A stretch of 63,875 bases of DNA, filler included, from Octopus bimaculoides (taxonomy: Eukaryota), in assembly GCF_001194135.2 (NCBI RefSeq). It is 7 parts of 6 records of this genome, joined end to end, with 100 filler letters (N's around TTAATTAATTAA, not from the genome) between each part and the next. Parts side by side here need not be neighbours in the genome. Positions count along the whole stretch, not along the records: positions 61,990 to 63,875 come from NW_026403693.1; 6 more parts are not named here. One strand, given 5' to 3'. The notes below the pieces were generated by a model. It was not told the origin of the DNA. It saw nothing but the letters and a program-made list of their open reading frames with translations, and searched no databases. This document shows, piece after piece, positions 62,657 through 63,875 of the stretch (its first letter is position 1; the number at the start of each line of letters is the position of its first letter). Both the position numbers and the translations under genes were made by a program.

Positions 62657-63875
62657 TACACACACACATATCTAAATATATATTTACATATGTATATATA
62701 TGATGGTGATATACATTGTATAGTTCTGTATAGTACTTTCATGTGCATCCATCTATATAGATATGCATATTAAATATATATCTATCTATATATATATCAA
62801 TATAGAGGCACACATGTACACAGACACACACAAAACATGCACTCATAAATATATATATTTCTATGGTTTTATATACACGTATATATATATATATATATAT
62901 ATANNNNNNNNNNNNNNNNNNNNNNNNNNNNNNNNNNNNNNNNNNNNNNNNNNNNNNNNNNNNNNNNNNNNNNNNNNNNNNNNNNNNNNNNNNNNNNNNN
63001 NNNNNNNNNNNNNNNNNNNNNNNNNNNNNNNNNNNNNNNNNNNNNNNNNNNNNNNNNNNNNNNNNNNNNNNNNNNNNNNNNNNNNNNNNNNNNNNNNNNN
63101 NNNNNNNNNNNNNNNNNNNNNNNNNNNNNNNNNNNNNNNNNNNNNNNNNNNNNNNNNNNNNNNNNNNNNNNNNNNNNNNNNNNNNNNNNNNNNNNNNNNN
63201 NNNNNNNNNNNNNNNNNNNNNNNNNNNNNNNNNNNNNNNNNNNNNNNNNNNNNNNNNNNNNNNNNNNNNNNNNNNNNNNNNNNNNNNNNNNNNNNNNNNN
63301 NNNNNNNNNNNNNNNNNNNNNNNNNNNNNNNNNNNNNNNNNNNNNNNNNNNNNNNNNNNNNNNNNNNNNNNNNNNNNNNNNNNNNNNNNNNNNNNNNNNN
63401 NNNNNNNNNNNNNNNNNNNNNNNNNNNNNNNNNNNNNNNNNNNNNNNNNNNNNNNNNNNNNNNNNNNNNNNNNNNNNNNNNNNNNNNNNNNNNNNNNNNN
63501 NNNNNNNNNNNNNNNNNNNNNNNNNNNNNNNNNNNNNNNNNNNNNNNNNNNNNNNNNNNNNNNNNNNNNNNNNNNNNNNNNNNNNNNTATGTATATGTAT
63601 ATAAATACTTGTATATGCTGACATAATATGTATTTACTTATCTATATATGTTTGTATATATTTAAATAATTTGTCTTTTTCTACATTTCTATTTCTTTAT
63701 ATGGTTATGTAAGTATTTCATTTATATTTATATAAAATTACGGATATATTTAGACACTCACTCACACTCACACACAAACAGGCACACTTACATATACACA
63801 AAATTTCACACACACATGTATTTGTGTGTATGTGTGTTTCTATATTATACATACACACTCATATATATATATATA

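Overview
AT-rich, gap-ridden eukaryotic draft sequence. The tRNA-derived SINE families and the TA/CA/GATA microsatellite load suggest a coleoid cephalopod, probably Octopus; this is my inference from repeat recognition, not a database result. I can support only one host coding exon: a minus-strand first coding exon (6653-6854) encoding a signal peptide plus an LRR N-terminal cap. Its upstream non-coding exon(s) must lie further right and its LRR exons probably lie left of the window. The rest is decayed mobile DNA: a Helitron, a Gypsy 5' LTR+PBS+gag start, several RTE LINEs, R4/Dong-like and HERO-like RLE retrotransposons, four Penelope-like elements (PLEs), two hAT transposases (one split by a mariner), a Chapaev3-type element, three mariners, a near-complete Tc1 and many SINEs. 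The most notable unexplained structure is two repeat families carrying minimal type-I hammerhead-ribozyme folds with non-canonical cores. One sits in near-identical inverted pLTR-like arms, with a copy in sense orientation about 500 nt upstream of the host exon's splice acceptor. There are also several long inverted repeats. All alignments and folds were made by eye.
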